Shown: piece after piece, positions 18,001-30,302 of the stretch
How the letters are laid out: every line of letters starts with the position of its first letter
How positions within the stretch are numbered: the stretch's first letter is position 1
Assembly (NCBI GenBank): GCA_964016885.1
Contig: OZ024742.1
Coordinates: 40,982,001-41,046,000 of the forward strand
Direction of reading: 5' to 3'
Source of the DNA: Eledone cirrhosa
Taxonomy: Eukaryota
Length of the DNA stretch: 64,000 nt
Translations under genes and position numbers: made by a program
The notes under the pieces: generated by a model
What the model saw: only the letters and a program-made list of their open reading frames with translations
Told to the model about the DNA's origin: nothing
Databases searched by the model: none

Positions 18001-18760
18001 CCAACACTACCACCACCAACAATACCACCCAACACTACCACCACCAACAATACCACCCAACACTACCACCACCAACAATACCACCCAACACTACCACCAC
18101 CAACAATACCACCCAACACTACCACCACATACAATACCACCCAACACTACCACCACCAACAATACCACCCAACACTACCACCACCAACAATACCACCCAA
18201 CACTACCACCACCAACAATACCACCCAACACTACCACCACCAACAATACCACCCAACACTACCACCACCAACAATACCACCCAACACTACCACCACCAAC
18301 AATACCACCCAACACTACCACCACCAACAATACCACCCAACACTACCACCACCAACAATACCACCCAACACTACCACCACCAACAATACCACCCATACTA
18401 CCACCACCAACAATACCACCCAACACTACCACCACCAACAATACCACCCAACACTACCACCACCAACAATACCACCCAACACTACCACCACCAACAATAC
18501 CACCCAACACTACCACCACCAACAATACCACCCAACACTACCACCACCAACAATACCACCCAACACTACCACCACTAACAATACCACCCAACACTACCAC
18601 CACATACAATACCACCCAACACTACCACCACCAACAATACCACCCAACACTACCACCACCAACAATACCACCCAACACTACCACCACCAACAATACCACC
18701 CAACACTACCAGAACCTCCACCAATAACAACAACACCACCACCAAAATTACCACCACCAT
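1..18760 (+). repeat. 28-bp minisatellite array (consensus CCCAACACTACCACCACC[A/C]CAATACCA), >18.7 kb, runs off window start
   Basis: Continuous tandem unit of 28 bp (variants +/-3 bp, occasional 19-bp units); + strand nearly G-free; ends at ~18760 into unique sequence. Confidence 0.98.
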
Positions 18761-19146
18761 CATCTCTGTATATCTCTACTTGATATGTTATTTATATGAA
18801 GAGGATTGTTGCATTATTCTTCTCCTGCTTAAAGACCTCTCTCTCTCTATATATCTATCTCTCTATCTATCTCCATCTATCTATCTATCTATTTCTATCT
18901 CTCCCTCAGTAATATTAAATACCACCATTTTAAAACCACAAAATCTGCAGAAGAAATGTACGTCTGCTTCATTGAATTTTTATTTTCTGTCTTTTTATAG
19001 TAGAGGCGATGTAAATACACATTCCTCACTATATGTGCTATTCACCATCACTGCTACCATTAGCCTCAACAGTTACAATTCTGCTCCGCTCCTCCGTTTC
19101 CGTTTCCGCCATTTCCTTTTCTTACTTCTCTTTATCTCATTGTGTA

Positions 19147-19196
<50 letters not shown>

Positions 19197-19199
<3 letters not shown>

Positions 19200-19262
19200 G
19201 GTGTATGCTCATATTTATTAGAGTGTTGTTGGAGTGTGTATACATTTTGGGGGGACACCCTG
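19197..19262. mobile_element. Tc1/mariner-type mini-MITE (~66 bp)
   Basis: TA|CAGGGTGT...ACACCCTG|TA terminal inverted repeats within a TA tract; reverse complement matches 53288-53345. Confidence 0.7.
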
Positions 19263-19804
19263 TATATGCATATATATATATATATGAATAACAAAAAGGA
19301 CCGCACAAAACAAAGACAACGGAAAAAACGAAGTCCCTTCTCTTCAGTCAACCTCAGGAAATCACTATACTTTCGGTATATTTAACCTTGATACTATCTA
19401 TTCTAGTATCCATTGTGATGCAACAAAACAGGAAAACAAGACAGACGAGGGTTCGGCAAATATTATATTATAACTTCTCATGTGTATTTTGAAAACTTTT
19501 GCAGTATTTAAAAGACACACAAGATGCCAAAGTACACAGTTGATTTACAGAACAATCTGCACAAATTATTTGATTAAAGTGGTGAGTTGTCTATGCTATA
19601 CAACACACACTCACTACATTACAATATTAAGTGCTGTAATGCCAGGTGATGCCATAATCGCAGGTTTGCGAAATGAGAGTTCTCCCTCTCCTGGCCTGGC
19701 TGTCTTAACACGACTACAGAGAGTGCAACCTAGCTTATCGAACACAAATATATATACGTTTGTGTGTGTGTGTGAGTCTTGGTGTGTATGTGTGTGTGTG
19801 CGCG

Positions 19805-19842
<38 letters not shown>

Positions 19843-19845
<3 letters not shown>

Positions 19846-19917
19846 CGGGTAAAATTCCCGAGATCCATGGACGAGTTCTCTGTCCCTCATTATCGATGCC
19901 ATGTCCTGCGTCTCCAA
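19843..19917 (-). mobile_element. 3'-terminal fragment of the RTE LINE family also at 42582-43441
   Basis: Reverse complement matches 43354-43441 (LLETQDMA.IMRDR..ELVHGSREFYPP) with a small internal deletion; ends in (TA)n. Confidence 0.9.
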
Positions 19918-19945
19918 TAAGGACAGACACATATATATATATATA

Positions 19946-20133
19946 TAGGAAAAGAGACCCCGACGGCTGAGCTCCGGCCGTTTCGACAGTTAGTTCGGAT
20001 CCAGCTGTCGAAAGAGCCAGAGCTCTGCCGTCGGGGCCCTGACTCTTTTCCCATTACCCACTCTACTACCCTAAGTATTGAGTACTCTGGTGCGTTATGG
20101 TCCACCTGGTATCTTACCACACCCTCTTTGTTA
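19946..20133 (+). mobile_element. Short PLE pseudo-LTR footprint: inverted ~45 bp + 3' half of hammerhead + tail (GAGCTC family)
   Basis: Imperfect fold-back (GGAAAAGAGACCCCGACGGCTGAGCTC...GAGCTCTGCCGTCGGGGCCCTGACTCTTTTCC) followed by a tail homologous to 39196-39277 and 53215-53283; TA-flanked. Confidence 0.75.
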
Positions 20134-20207
20134 TATATATGCACACACACACATATATATATATATACATATATATTCATACATTCAGATATATATCTAT
20201 ATATATA

Positions 20208-20265
20208 TAGGAACGAGTAGGACCCCGACAGCTGAGCTCAAGCCGTTTCGGCGGCTAATTCTGGA
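20208..20265 (-). mobile_element. Inverted half-hammerhead fragment, GAGCTC family
   Basis: Near-identical to 39084-39137. Confidence 0.75.
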
Positions 20266-20661
20266 CTAAATGAAAATTTTATCCTGGTAAATGAATAGCC
20301 GAGCTTCTCAGGGGGTAATATTCCATATATGGTAAAAGTGATTGTCACAAGGATTGGTCAAAAGTTTGTTGTTGAGACACATAATTCTATCATGGCATTT
20401 TGTGGAAGGCAGGGGTTGCTGAACTTGCCAGTAGAAGAAAGAGGGAGAGGGAGAGGGAGTGGAGGAAACCCAGTCGTGCGTTGAAAGTGATGACTACAGC
20501 AGAATCCTAAGGATAAGAGGTCAAGAGGGGGAGGGGGGAGGAAGTCGAAACAATAAGTAGATCTATATGGAGTAAATCTATATAGAAAAATAAGAATGTT
20601 AAAAATATTAAAAAGCACAATTTCTTGTTACTATTCCCCTACCACAATCATCAAATCTCTC

Positions 20662-20861
20662 NNNNNNNNNNNNNNNNNNNNNNNNNNNNNNNNNNNNNNN
20701 NNNNNNNNNNNNNNNNNNNNNNNNNNNNNNNNNNNNNNNNNNNNNNNNNNNNNNNNNNNNNNNNNNNNNNNNNNNNNNNNNNNNNNNNNNNNNNNNNNNN
20801 NNNNNNNNNNNNNNNNNNNNNNNNNNNNNNNNNNNNNNNNNNNNNNNNNNNNNNNNNNNNN
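20662..20861. other. Assembly gap (200 N)
   Basis: Run of N. Confidence 1.
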
Positions 20862-20981
20862 TATAATAAAATGAATATGGTTTTATAAATATAGTTTCCA
20901 TTTATTTAATATCATTGTATATATTTATATATTATGAATAAGAGAGACGGTTTTATTTGTACATCTTGTTATTACATAATT

Positions 20982-21047
20982 CTGTTATACGTATTTCGAA
21001 GATGTCAGAGTGGTTGCATAATAATCTAACATGTTCTCAGCAGACAG
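20982..21047 (-). ncRNA. Degenerate type I hammerhead ribozyme (A6->C)
   Basis: Minus: CTGT-CTGCTGA-GAAcATGTTAGA..TCTGACATcTTC-GAAA-TACGTA-TA-ACAG; stems I and II pair, stem III palindromic; core mutated. Confidence 0.65.
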
Positions 21048-21144
21048 TTTAAGATGTGTGGTTTTAGTTTTTGATATGGTACTGATTTATCGGAGTCTTT
21101 ACATCGCTCTACAGTAGACACACACACACACATATATATATATA

Positions 21145-21146
<2 letters not shown>

Positions 21147-21233
<87 letters not shown>
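21147..21233. repeat. (TG)n microsatellite
   Basis: ~43 perfect TG units. Confidence 0.97.
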
Positions 21234-21235
<2 letters not shown>

Positions 21236-21764
21236 AATGAGGTACTGGCAGCATTTTTTCCATCTCTAAGGGTCTATTAGTTATTCTATAGCAACTGACT
21301 GTAATTGTTATTATTGTCTGCGTCTGGGCTTCCAACATCTTATAAATGTATTTCCTCGGCGATTTCCTAAGTTCGAAAATTCGAGCTTAAAACACGATGC
21401 TTGTGTATATAAAGTAGAATAAATATCTCCGAGAACTGTTAGAGCATCAGATTAAATGTCTTCTGACTTAATCTGGATTGAAAAATCAGCCCCTTATAAC
21501 CTTGCTGTTATGGTTTAGTCATGGGTGGAATGTAAATACATATGACTTTTGTGTATTGGCTTGATCATGGAAGGAAGGACAAGCTCATAGCATATTTGCA
21601 GCTTTGTAGAGTCTCCGTTTCTGGGACTTTTAATGATAGGAGCTCCAGCTTTTGTTGTTACAGCTCACGTCTATGCTGATTTAACTGGCTCCCTATGAGG
21701 TTGCATCTCACAGAAGGTTCTCGTGTTCTTTGATAATAAGGGGTCCAAGTTTTATGAAAGGCAA

Positions 21765-21860
21765 CACGAAATGAATGCGTCTTGCTCAACAATGTAACGC
21801 GCTGCCTGATCTAGGAATTGAACCCACGTTCTTATGATCGTGAGTTCAACAACCTCCCAC
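21765..21860 (-). mobile_element. tRNA-derived SINE fragment (family of 37100-37230)
   Basis: Reverse complement has a B-box-like GGTTCAATTCC followed by a degenerate GTGTCCTTGAGCAAGAC motif. Confidence 0.55.
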
Positions 21861-22842
21861 GAGGTTTTTAAAACGCAAAATAAATAAAATGGGTCGCGAC
21901 ATTAAGAAATAATCTACAAAAATAAGCAAGTGGTTTATTACACACAGGAATAAATGGGTCGCAATACGAAATGCAATGCTCGCTGTGGATCATAGTAAAA
22001 AAGAAATTTGGAAAATGCTGCCCTAACCACTAAACCACTCACCTTAACACAGCAGAGATGGAAGGAAAATACTTCATTTTGTTTCTGTTTTGGTTTTTTT
22101 GTGTGCTTTTGTGTTGTTTTTGTTTTGTTATTTTACTATTTCTGCAGTTTATCAGTTTGGCTAAGAATTTTTTTTTTTTTTTTTCTAATATCCCGATGAT
22201 TTACTTTCATATTATTTGATAAACGATAACTTAGATCATCGATATATGATTAACTTTCCCCATATTTCATATGAAAACCATTCATTTTTAAATGGCTACC
22301 TTTTTGTTTGTTTGTTGCTGTTTTTGTTTTGTTTTTGTTTTTTGTTTCTAAATTATTTTTTTCTTTTTGTTTACGATATTACGATATTTACGTTGTTCGT
22401 TTCACCATTTATTTCCTCTTTCTTGTTTTTTTTATATTTTTAATATCATATTAAATGTTAATTAGTTATAGATGTACTCCATCTTATCTGTGTTGAGATT
22501 ATAATTGGTTAAGGCTCTTGTAACAGCTATCAGTATATTTGTATTGACATGTATTAGATGACTATGTCTATATTGATTTCATTTGGCCCCGTGAGCATAA
22601 GTCTAATATTCTATAGTAAAATGGAGAGATATAATCAATCGAATTCGTCCCAAGATACACATCTTGTATTCAGTTTATCAATCCTGAAAAAGCGAAGAGC
22701 TAAGCCGAACCAATCCAAACGGGGCTAAACCGAACCAAGCCAAGCCATTTGCACTCGAGAGTGATTGGAAGGGAGATAATTATATAATGTATAGGGCATT
22801 GAATACAGTGCTTTCTTGTTTCTGTTAATTCGCAATCTTAAA

Positions 22843-22965
22843 CACATATATACATACATGCATATATAAATACATACATACATACATGCATAAATAAATA
22901 CATACATACATACATACATACATACATACATACATACATACATACATACATACATACATACATAC
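22843..22965. repeat. (TACA)n microsatellite
   Basis: Tandem TACA. Confidence 0.95.
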
Positions 22966-23291
22966 AACAATTCTGCATCTAATAACTGCATATACACTTG
23001 TACAGATACAAAGCATATGCACATGCACACATTCAACTCAAAAAAGCACATCCACACATACAATAACATCCATACCTGCACGCACATGTATGCATGCAGA
23101 CATGCATACATATCTACCTAGTTGATGTTGTGTAAATTCCAATAAGAGAGTCTTGTATCTATGTTAGAGACCAACTCGCTCTCTATTGGCTAAAATTTGT
23201 GAAATTATAAAACCAGAACATACATACATACATACATACATACATACATACATACATACATACATACATACATACATACATACATACATAC

Positions 23292-25216
23292 ATCAGGATA
23301 AAACAACAAAGAATCGCAGAAACATGACTGTGGTGTGGCTGAACTATCAAAAAGCATTTGATAGTGTACCTCATGGGTGGATTATTAAGACTTTACAGTT
23401 AGCCAAAGTCCTACAACCATTGGTAGCTGCTGTTGAACGCCTGGCCAAGAACTGGTACACCAATTTGATCCTTAGAGGTGAGAAGGAGCAAGTTAAGACT
23501 GATAAGATACATTACCAGAAGGCCATCTTTCAGGGTGATAGCTTGTCAGTGCTACTCTTCGTTCTCTCACTGAATCCACTATCTTACCTACTCAGGAAAC
23601 AAGGTGGACAAAGAAGTGGGTCCAGAAGTATCTCCCATCTTTTCTTTGTTGATGACCTGAAGTTGTATGGACCAAATATCAATGACATCAAGAAACAATT
23701 GGACCTCATTACACAATTTTCAACCGACATCAAAATGAAATTTGGTGAGTCCAAGTGTGCATACTTGGCAGTAAAACGTGGAAGAGCTGTGCCCTCCTCT
23801 AGAAATCTAGAGATGAACGGCCTGACAATACAACCTCTACAGTCAGGTGACAACTACAGATATCTTGGACAGGATGAGAATGTCAGATATGATGGACCCA
23901 TAAATAAGGAGAGAACCAGAACTGAATACCTCAGAAGAGTAAAGAAAATATGGTCATCAAAATTGTCAGCGTACAACAAATACATTGCCCACAATACTTA
24001 TGCTGTGCCAATTCTAACGCCAACATTTGGCCTGCTGAACTGGTCATTGCAAGAACTAAGTGAGATGGATGTTAGAACTCGCAAACTTCTCAGTGTTACT
24101 GGGAACTTTAACATCAATGGTGATGTGGATAGGCTATACTTCTCACGCAAGGAAGGTGGCCAGGGTCTAAAATCAATATTAACAACATATGAGACCCGGA
24201 TAGTAACACTGAAGCAACACCTTCAACAGAGGGAAAAGGTTGGCAACCATCTTGCCCAGGTTTATGAGCATGAAAACAAAATATCATTAGAATAGCGACT
24301 GATCTGGAGGAGAGATATGGAATAAAGCCTGATATAAATCTCTCACCCAAGATAAAAAAATTGACCAATTTACAGAAAAAGTTGTGCATGGATACTTGAG
24401 ACGTAAAACACAGACCATAGAGGGGATAAACCACTCAAAAAGCCTGGCATGGAGTTCCGACAAGTTTATGACATCACACCTTGAGGGATATCTCTATGCA
24501 ATACAGGAACAAGAACTCCCTACCAAATATCTGCTGCACAAAAGAGGAGGGCCAGCAGCTGACAATAAATGTAGGCTATGTAAAACAAAGATCGAGGATG
24601 TAAGCCACATTGTTGCCTGCTGCGAAAGAATGTCATCTCGCTACTACCTACCCATGAGACACGATGGGATAGCTAAAACCATCTGGAATGCACTTCGGAA
24701 AACAAAATTAACAACAAACGAGGAAGAATATATTGAGACAGATGGCACTAAGGAATACTGGTGGAACCTGAAAATAAAAACGGCCACCAAATTAAAGCAC
24801 AACCGGCCTGATATTGTTGTTTGGAACCACACATTGAAAACGTGTTCTGTTGTGGAGATCACTTGATGTAAACGTTGTCAGAAAAATACATGAGAAGGAG
24901 GACATCTACGGACCATTGATGAGGAGTTTACAAATCCAGTATCCAAGATACACCTTTAGCTTCATACCCATCATTATTGGAGCTACGGGTTATATACCAA
25001 CCCGCTTGGACCAAAGTATGACTGAACTTGGATTTGCGGACTAAAAGCGCAGCTCCCTAATTCATAGTCTACAAATGGCTGCGATAGCTGGCACCTTCAA
25101 AATTTGCAAAACATTCTTGCGATTCAAGGGATGACAATTTCTTTTCTTTTACAGCCTTGCCACCAGGAAGGTGGCCGGACAAAAAAAAATATACTCGAAA
25201 TTAAGAGAAAGAGATA
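23292..25216 (+). mobile_element. 5'-truncated, decayed R4/Dong-like non-LTR retrotransposon (RT + CCHC + restriction-like endonuclease)
   Basis: ORF 23186-24295: YQKAFDSVPH, IFQGDSLS, FFVDDLKLY, YRYLG, RLYFSRKEGGQGL. ORF 24384-24866: CRLC..HIVACC, RHD, RPDIVV..VVEIT (PD-(D/E)xK). ORF 24850-25044: K..IY, IPIIIGATG. Frameshifts near 24290 and 24860; (TACA)n on both sides. Confidence 0.92.
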
Positions 25217-25283
25217 ACATACATACATACATACATACATACATACATACATACATACATACATACATACATACATACATACA

Positions 25284-25571
25284 TGGTGGCTGCCAACTCG
25301 TTTTCGAGTACGGCCACTACTTTATATCCATGTAGGAGAACCCCTACCGATGCGCTGAACAAGTGTGACTTGAAAACTCTGGTACAAACACTACACCTGT
25401 GACAATTATTGACACATAGTGCTGGGCCCATGGTACCATGTGACGACAAGTGCAGAGAGATCTCCAGATATAAAGCAATGCCTGTGCCGTGAAGCTTTTA
25501 TAGTGAGCAAAGGCACTGCACAAAGCCAGTCCCACTCTCTTAACCAAGATGATATTTACCAAAAAGAAGAA
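25284..25571 (-). mobile_element. 5'-truncated copy of the non-coding retroposon at 29440-30050
   Basis: Reverse complement is highly similar to 29740-30050; (ATGT)n tail and flank. Confidence 0.85.
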
Positions 25572-25849
25572 CATACATACATACATACATACATACATAC
25601 ATACATACATACATACATACATACATACATGTGTGTGTGCACCATTGTACTTAAAACATTCAGACATTAACTGAATAAGCACTCAATACATTTAAGTAGA
25701 GTCTAAATTTTATTTTCCGAAGAGAAAAATGGTAGTTTAAGCTTGGCTGGTTCATTCGGACCTAATGATTACGAAGCCCAATTTTTAATCATTCGACCAT
25801 GCTGAGTTCACCATCATTGCATAATTTAACCAACAAATTACAAAGATAG

Positions 25850-26040
25850 TTTCAAGCGTCGGACAATATGCTTTGCAGCACAGAGTAACGACCCTTTACG
25901 TTCTGAGTTCAAATCTGGCCGAGGTTAGCTTTGCCTTTCATCCTTACGGAGTCGATAAAATAAAGCACCATTAATGCACAGGGGTTCATTTAATCGACTT
26001 TCCCCTCCGCCAAAATTGCTGGCCTTGTGCCTAAGAAATC
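25850..26040 (+). mobile_element. tRNA-derived SINE with Deu/Nin-like central domain
   Basis: B-box GAGTTCAAAT followed by TTGCCTTTCATCCTTACGGAGTCGATAAAATAA; related copies on the minus strand elsewhere in the window. Confidence 0.8.
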
Positions 26041-26332
26041 ATTTATAGATTGTAGGAGAGTAGGCTGGCTATGTCGTCATACTACAGCTGTGAAATCTTG
26101 TATGCATTTATTTCAACTCTTCTTATTAATAACTACAATTCGTAATTGCAGTCAGTATGTAACAATACTAAGACTGTTTCCAGTGAGAAGTAACGTCTTA
26201 ATTAATTAATTAGTTTGTTAGTTAGTCAGATGTACCAATGTATATACAAACAGTTTCATTTTATACTGATGAACTAATTAGCTTATATTTACTAATAAAC
26301 AATTGAATCGATTTTCATGAGATCTCTTTGAT

Positions 26333-26333
<1 letters not shown>

Positions 26334-26419
<86 letters not shown>

Positions 26420-26441
26420 CAACAGTAGCAACAGATGTAGT

Positions 26442-26524
<83 letters not shown>

Positions 26525-26602
26525 CAACAGTAGTAGTAGGAGCAGCAGTAGTAGTAGTAGTAGTAGCAGTAGTAGCAGTAGTAGTAGTAGTAGTAGTAGT
26601 AG
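26334..26602. repeat. (AGT)n/(AGC)n compound trinucleotide microsatellite
   Basis: Direct reading; explains the poly-Ser/poly-Leu ORFs. Confidence 0.97.
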
Positions 26603-26659
26603 ACTCAGTGGTGTGACAAAGCTGACCTTTTGAATTTACTGGTAAAACCCATTATTACC

Positions 26660-27205
26660 TGCAAAGTGGACTGGTGCAACGTAAAATAAAGAGGCTTGCT
26701 CAATGGCACAACGCACCCCCATGAATCGAACTCAAAGCCTTTAAGATCTTCAGCTGAACCTCCTAGCTACTAAGCCACACGTTTTCATGACAAAGAAAGA
26801 AAGAAAGGAAGAAAGAAAGAAAGAAAGAAAGAAAGATTGTGATTCCCATTCCTCAGTGGTGCACTGATATGATGTGACATGAGCCCCCAATCCAACCCCT
26901 GTAAACCTAAGGTCATGACTGACTTTAGGTTTAAACGTAGTAAGTTCCTATCCAAAGCAGGTTCCTGGGTTATGGGTTTTATGATAGACCAGTAGTTGCC
27001 CAAACATACCAATCTTCTCTCTCCACGATACCAATGTTGTCCATTGGAAAAGCAAAGGTTTAGGCTAATATACAGTTTGGCATCAGTGTCACTTCAACTC
27101 ACTTTATTAAAGTGACTTGCTCAAGGACACAACGTGTCGTTCGGTCAGAGAACCAATCGATATCACAAACTTGCAATCCTGAGTCCAACATTCTAACCAT
27201 TACGT
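26660..27205 (-). mobile_element. Two degenerate tRNA-SINE fragments (26660-26780, ~26860-27205)
   Basis: CTTGCTCAA(G/T)G(G)CACAACG motifs (reverse complement of GTGTCCTTGAGCAAG) with downstream tRNA-like heads. Confidence 0.5.
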
Positions 27206-27915
27206 CAGACACCTTCCAAGTATTGCACCGGAGTAGGTTTTATTACCTATATTCCCTCGCCAACAAAATTCGATCCTGTTGTCTTGTCAAACCGAATCAT
27301 TATTTATAACACGATAAAGATGCAATCTCACAGAAATATTAGCTTATTTTAAGGCATAAAACGATTTATAATAATCATCTCTGCCGTAATGTTTAACAAT
27401 TTATCAACTATTTTCTTTTGGGGGCATTTAACTATACTATTACGTCTCTATGAGAATGTTTAGCAATATATTAACTATTTTCTTTGGGGGCGATTTAACT
27501 ATTGAATTACATCTCTATGGAAATGTTTATCAATATATATCAACTATATATTACGTCGCTATTAAAGTATTTATCAATCTATATCAACTATTTTCTTGGT
27601 TGGGGAAGCATTTAACTATTATATTAGTCTCTGTGAAATTGTTTACCAATCTATATCAACTATATATTACGTCTCTGTGGAAATATTTAGCAATCTATCA
27701 ACTATTTTCTTGGTGGGGGGAATAGCATTTAATGACTCTTGAAAACAATGTTTCCTACGCAAAAATTTAATAAACAGCCGATACTGTTTATTTGATTACT
27801 AGGATTGCTGTGTTATCAATACTTAATGTAAATATTGCCCTACAGTAGCTGTTGTAACCTTTTATGACTACAATACTCTTCTAATTCGCAATGCCGATTG
27901 CTATTTGTTGTAATA

Positions 27916-28105
27916 ACTGTTTCTACTTTTGGCACAACGCCACCAATTACCCAGTGCATTACTGGTACTTTATTTTATCGACCTCGTAAGGATGAAAGGC
28001 AAAGTTAACCTCGACGGGATTTGAACTCAGAATGGCAAGGGCCGTAACTCTATACGTCAAAGCATGGCGTCCGACCCTCTACCGATACTGCCAATCCACC
28101 GCCTA
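27916..28105 (-). mobile_element. Deu/Nin-domain SINE
   Basis: TTTTATCGACCTCGTAAGGATGAAAGGCAAAG...GGGATTTGAACTCAGAA = reverse complement of the 25850 family. Confidence 0.8.
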
Positions 28106-28864
28106 TTTGTTGTAATAACAAACATTTTTAACCCTTTTGTCGCACCATTTCTCATGGAATACTTTGTAATTTCAATGCAAGTCTTTTGCTTGTTTTTGCT
28201 ATCAAACGAAGAACCATCATGCATGAATTCTTACTATAAAATAGTTGTGAATATATCTGGGATATAAACCCTTGAGGCGGAAAATGGGAATAATCGCCCG
28301 TGAGATTCCAACTTACATCTGCCTGAATGCCGGAAAGCTTTGTTACCATTACATCAGAGCTGCTAATCAGTAATTTCCGACTATTTTAATGCTGTGCCAG
28401 CTAGTGTGTAAACAATACAATCAACATATCTATGAAGCACGTGAGAGATTGCAATATCAACCTTTGTTTTTAGTTGTTGTTTGTTTGTTTTGTTTTTGTT
28501 GTTGTTTTGTTGTTGTTTTTTTTTGGGGGGGGGGGGGTTATCGAGCAAAGAACCATGACGCGTAAATTATCTCTAATTAATGGAGAGTTTGGGAAAGATT
28601 TACTAAAACTACAATTTAAAATAGATGTTATTTGTAAAAACAAAATGTTGTTATATAAAATTATGTTGGTGGAATTGGGTAGACAGAAACTGTTAGAAAG
28701 ACCGTCGGAATGATTGTATCTGTAATTCAAAGGACTAGATTTTGTTACACACTGTATCACACTGAATATGTTCGAGGAATTGTGTTAAAAGTACACGATT
28801 CTGGGGAAAGCGCTGCCACTTACACGTTAATTTCATTCACGAGCAAGCTGGTCATTAAAAAACA

Positions 28865-29170
28865 GGAACACTCATTGTCGAAATAGACGGAGATCCATCG
28901 AACAAACTAACCAAATTAATTAATTAGAATGGTATTTCTCATTAGAAACAGTCTTTGTATTGCCACAAACTGACAACGAATGCAGTCTATAAATGATCAC
29001 TGGAACACTCATCGTCGAAACCGACGGAGGTCCATCGAACAAACTAACCAAATTAGTTAATTAGAATGGTATTTCTCATTAGAAACAGCCTTTGTATTGC
29101 TCCAAACTGACACTGATATCAGTTCATAAATTATTATTGGAACACTCATCGTCGAAACCGACAGAGATCC
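28865..29170 (+). repeat. 137-bp tandem repeat, ~2.2 copies (SINE 3'-end derived)
   Basis: GGAACACTCAT(T/C)GTCGAAA recurs at ~28865, 29002 and 29139; similar motif at ~50075-50105 and on the minus strand at ~50950. Confidence 0.85.
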
Positions 29171-29439
29171 AATCCAGTAGGAACATAGGTTTGAGAGACA
29201 CTCCTTCAGTAGAACTTAACAGAGTAAAGCAATAAAATTGAATGAAGCAGAGTAAAGAAATCTATTTCCTTATCTACAATTCTAACAAGAATTAAAGGAG
29301 CTCCAACAAAATAAAGCCAATATACGAATATATTTAAATGAATATGTATTAATCGTTTCTTTACTAGTCTTTCGTATGTATGTATTTATGTATGTATGTA
29401 TGTATATATATATATGTATATATTTATATATGTATATAT

Positions 29440-30065
29440 GTCAGGTCACCAGTTGGTGCTACTGGTAACATGTATCCCAGTACAACCTGTCACATGGTCG
29501 GGTCGTTGGCGACTAAACTGGCAACCCCACCAAGGTTTCTTGGTGAGGAGGGTGACTTTGGACATCCTGCAGGACTAAAAACAAAACCTGTCAAAGGGCA
29601 AAGGAGCTCTTAAGAGTCAATGGCCATCCAAAATCACCGGGAGAGATGACCCCTTAGCCTTTGTCAAGGCAGAATTCTAGGAGAAGGAAAACTCTGATAT
29701 AACACCTGCAACCCTGATGGTATCCAATGATGTTGACTTGTTCTTCTTTTGGGTAAATATCATCTCGGTTAAGAGAGTGGGACTGGCTTTGTGCAGTGCC
29801 TTTGCTCACTATAAATGCTTCACGGCACAGGCATTGCTTTATATCTGGAGATCTCTCTGCACTTGTCGTTACATGGTGCCATGGGCCCAACACTATGTGT
29901 CAATAATTGTCACAGGTGTAGTGTTTGTACCAGAGTTTTCAAGTCGCTGGCTGGACTAAAAAGTCACACTTGTTTAGCGCATCGGTAGGGGTTCTCCTAC
30001 ATGGATATAAAGTAGTGGCCGTACTCGAAAACGAGTTGGCAGCCACCATGTATTATGTATGTATG
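29440..30065 (+). mobile_element. ~610-bp non-coding retroposon (RTE-5'UTR-like head, (ATGT)n tail)
   Basis: Contains CTAGGAGAAGGAAAACTCTGA, reminiscent of RTE 5' UTRs; 3' 300 bp shared with 25284-25571; no credible ORF. Confidence 0.7.
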
Positions 30066-30087
30066 TTCGTATGTACATATGTGTGTG

Positions 30088-30136
<49 letters not shown>

Positions 30137-30302
30137 AATTAATATCTAGTAACATATATATCCATACAGATGCATATCAATGCTAGCAAATATATAGGTT
30201 TTGTCTTAGTAACTTTGTGGTTCAATGCATGGGGTTGCAGAACAATAATATGAGAGACGTAAAATAAGAAAATTATAAAATTAACTTACTTACTAAAATA
30301 TC

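Noticed and set aside
1-18760. CRISPR array or telomere
   Set aside because: No unique spacers, no cas genes, eukaryotic context; not TTAGGG.
20358-20420. IELCVSTTNF as a PLE RT fragment
   Set aside because: Too short to support.
20496-20565. Possible hammerhead (CTAAGGA...GAAACAATAAGTAGAT)
   Set aside because: Core G5 mutated, no convincing stem II, only a 3-bp stem I.
29440-29620. Twister or HDV-like ribozyme at the head of the RTE-like retroposon (GAGGAGGG motif, GTCACC/GGTGAC pairing)
   Set aside because: Could not place the conserved UAA/pseudoknot or HDV P3/L3 elements by eye; needs a covariance-model search.
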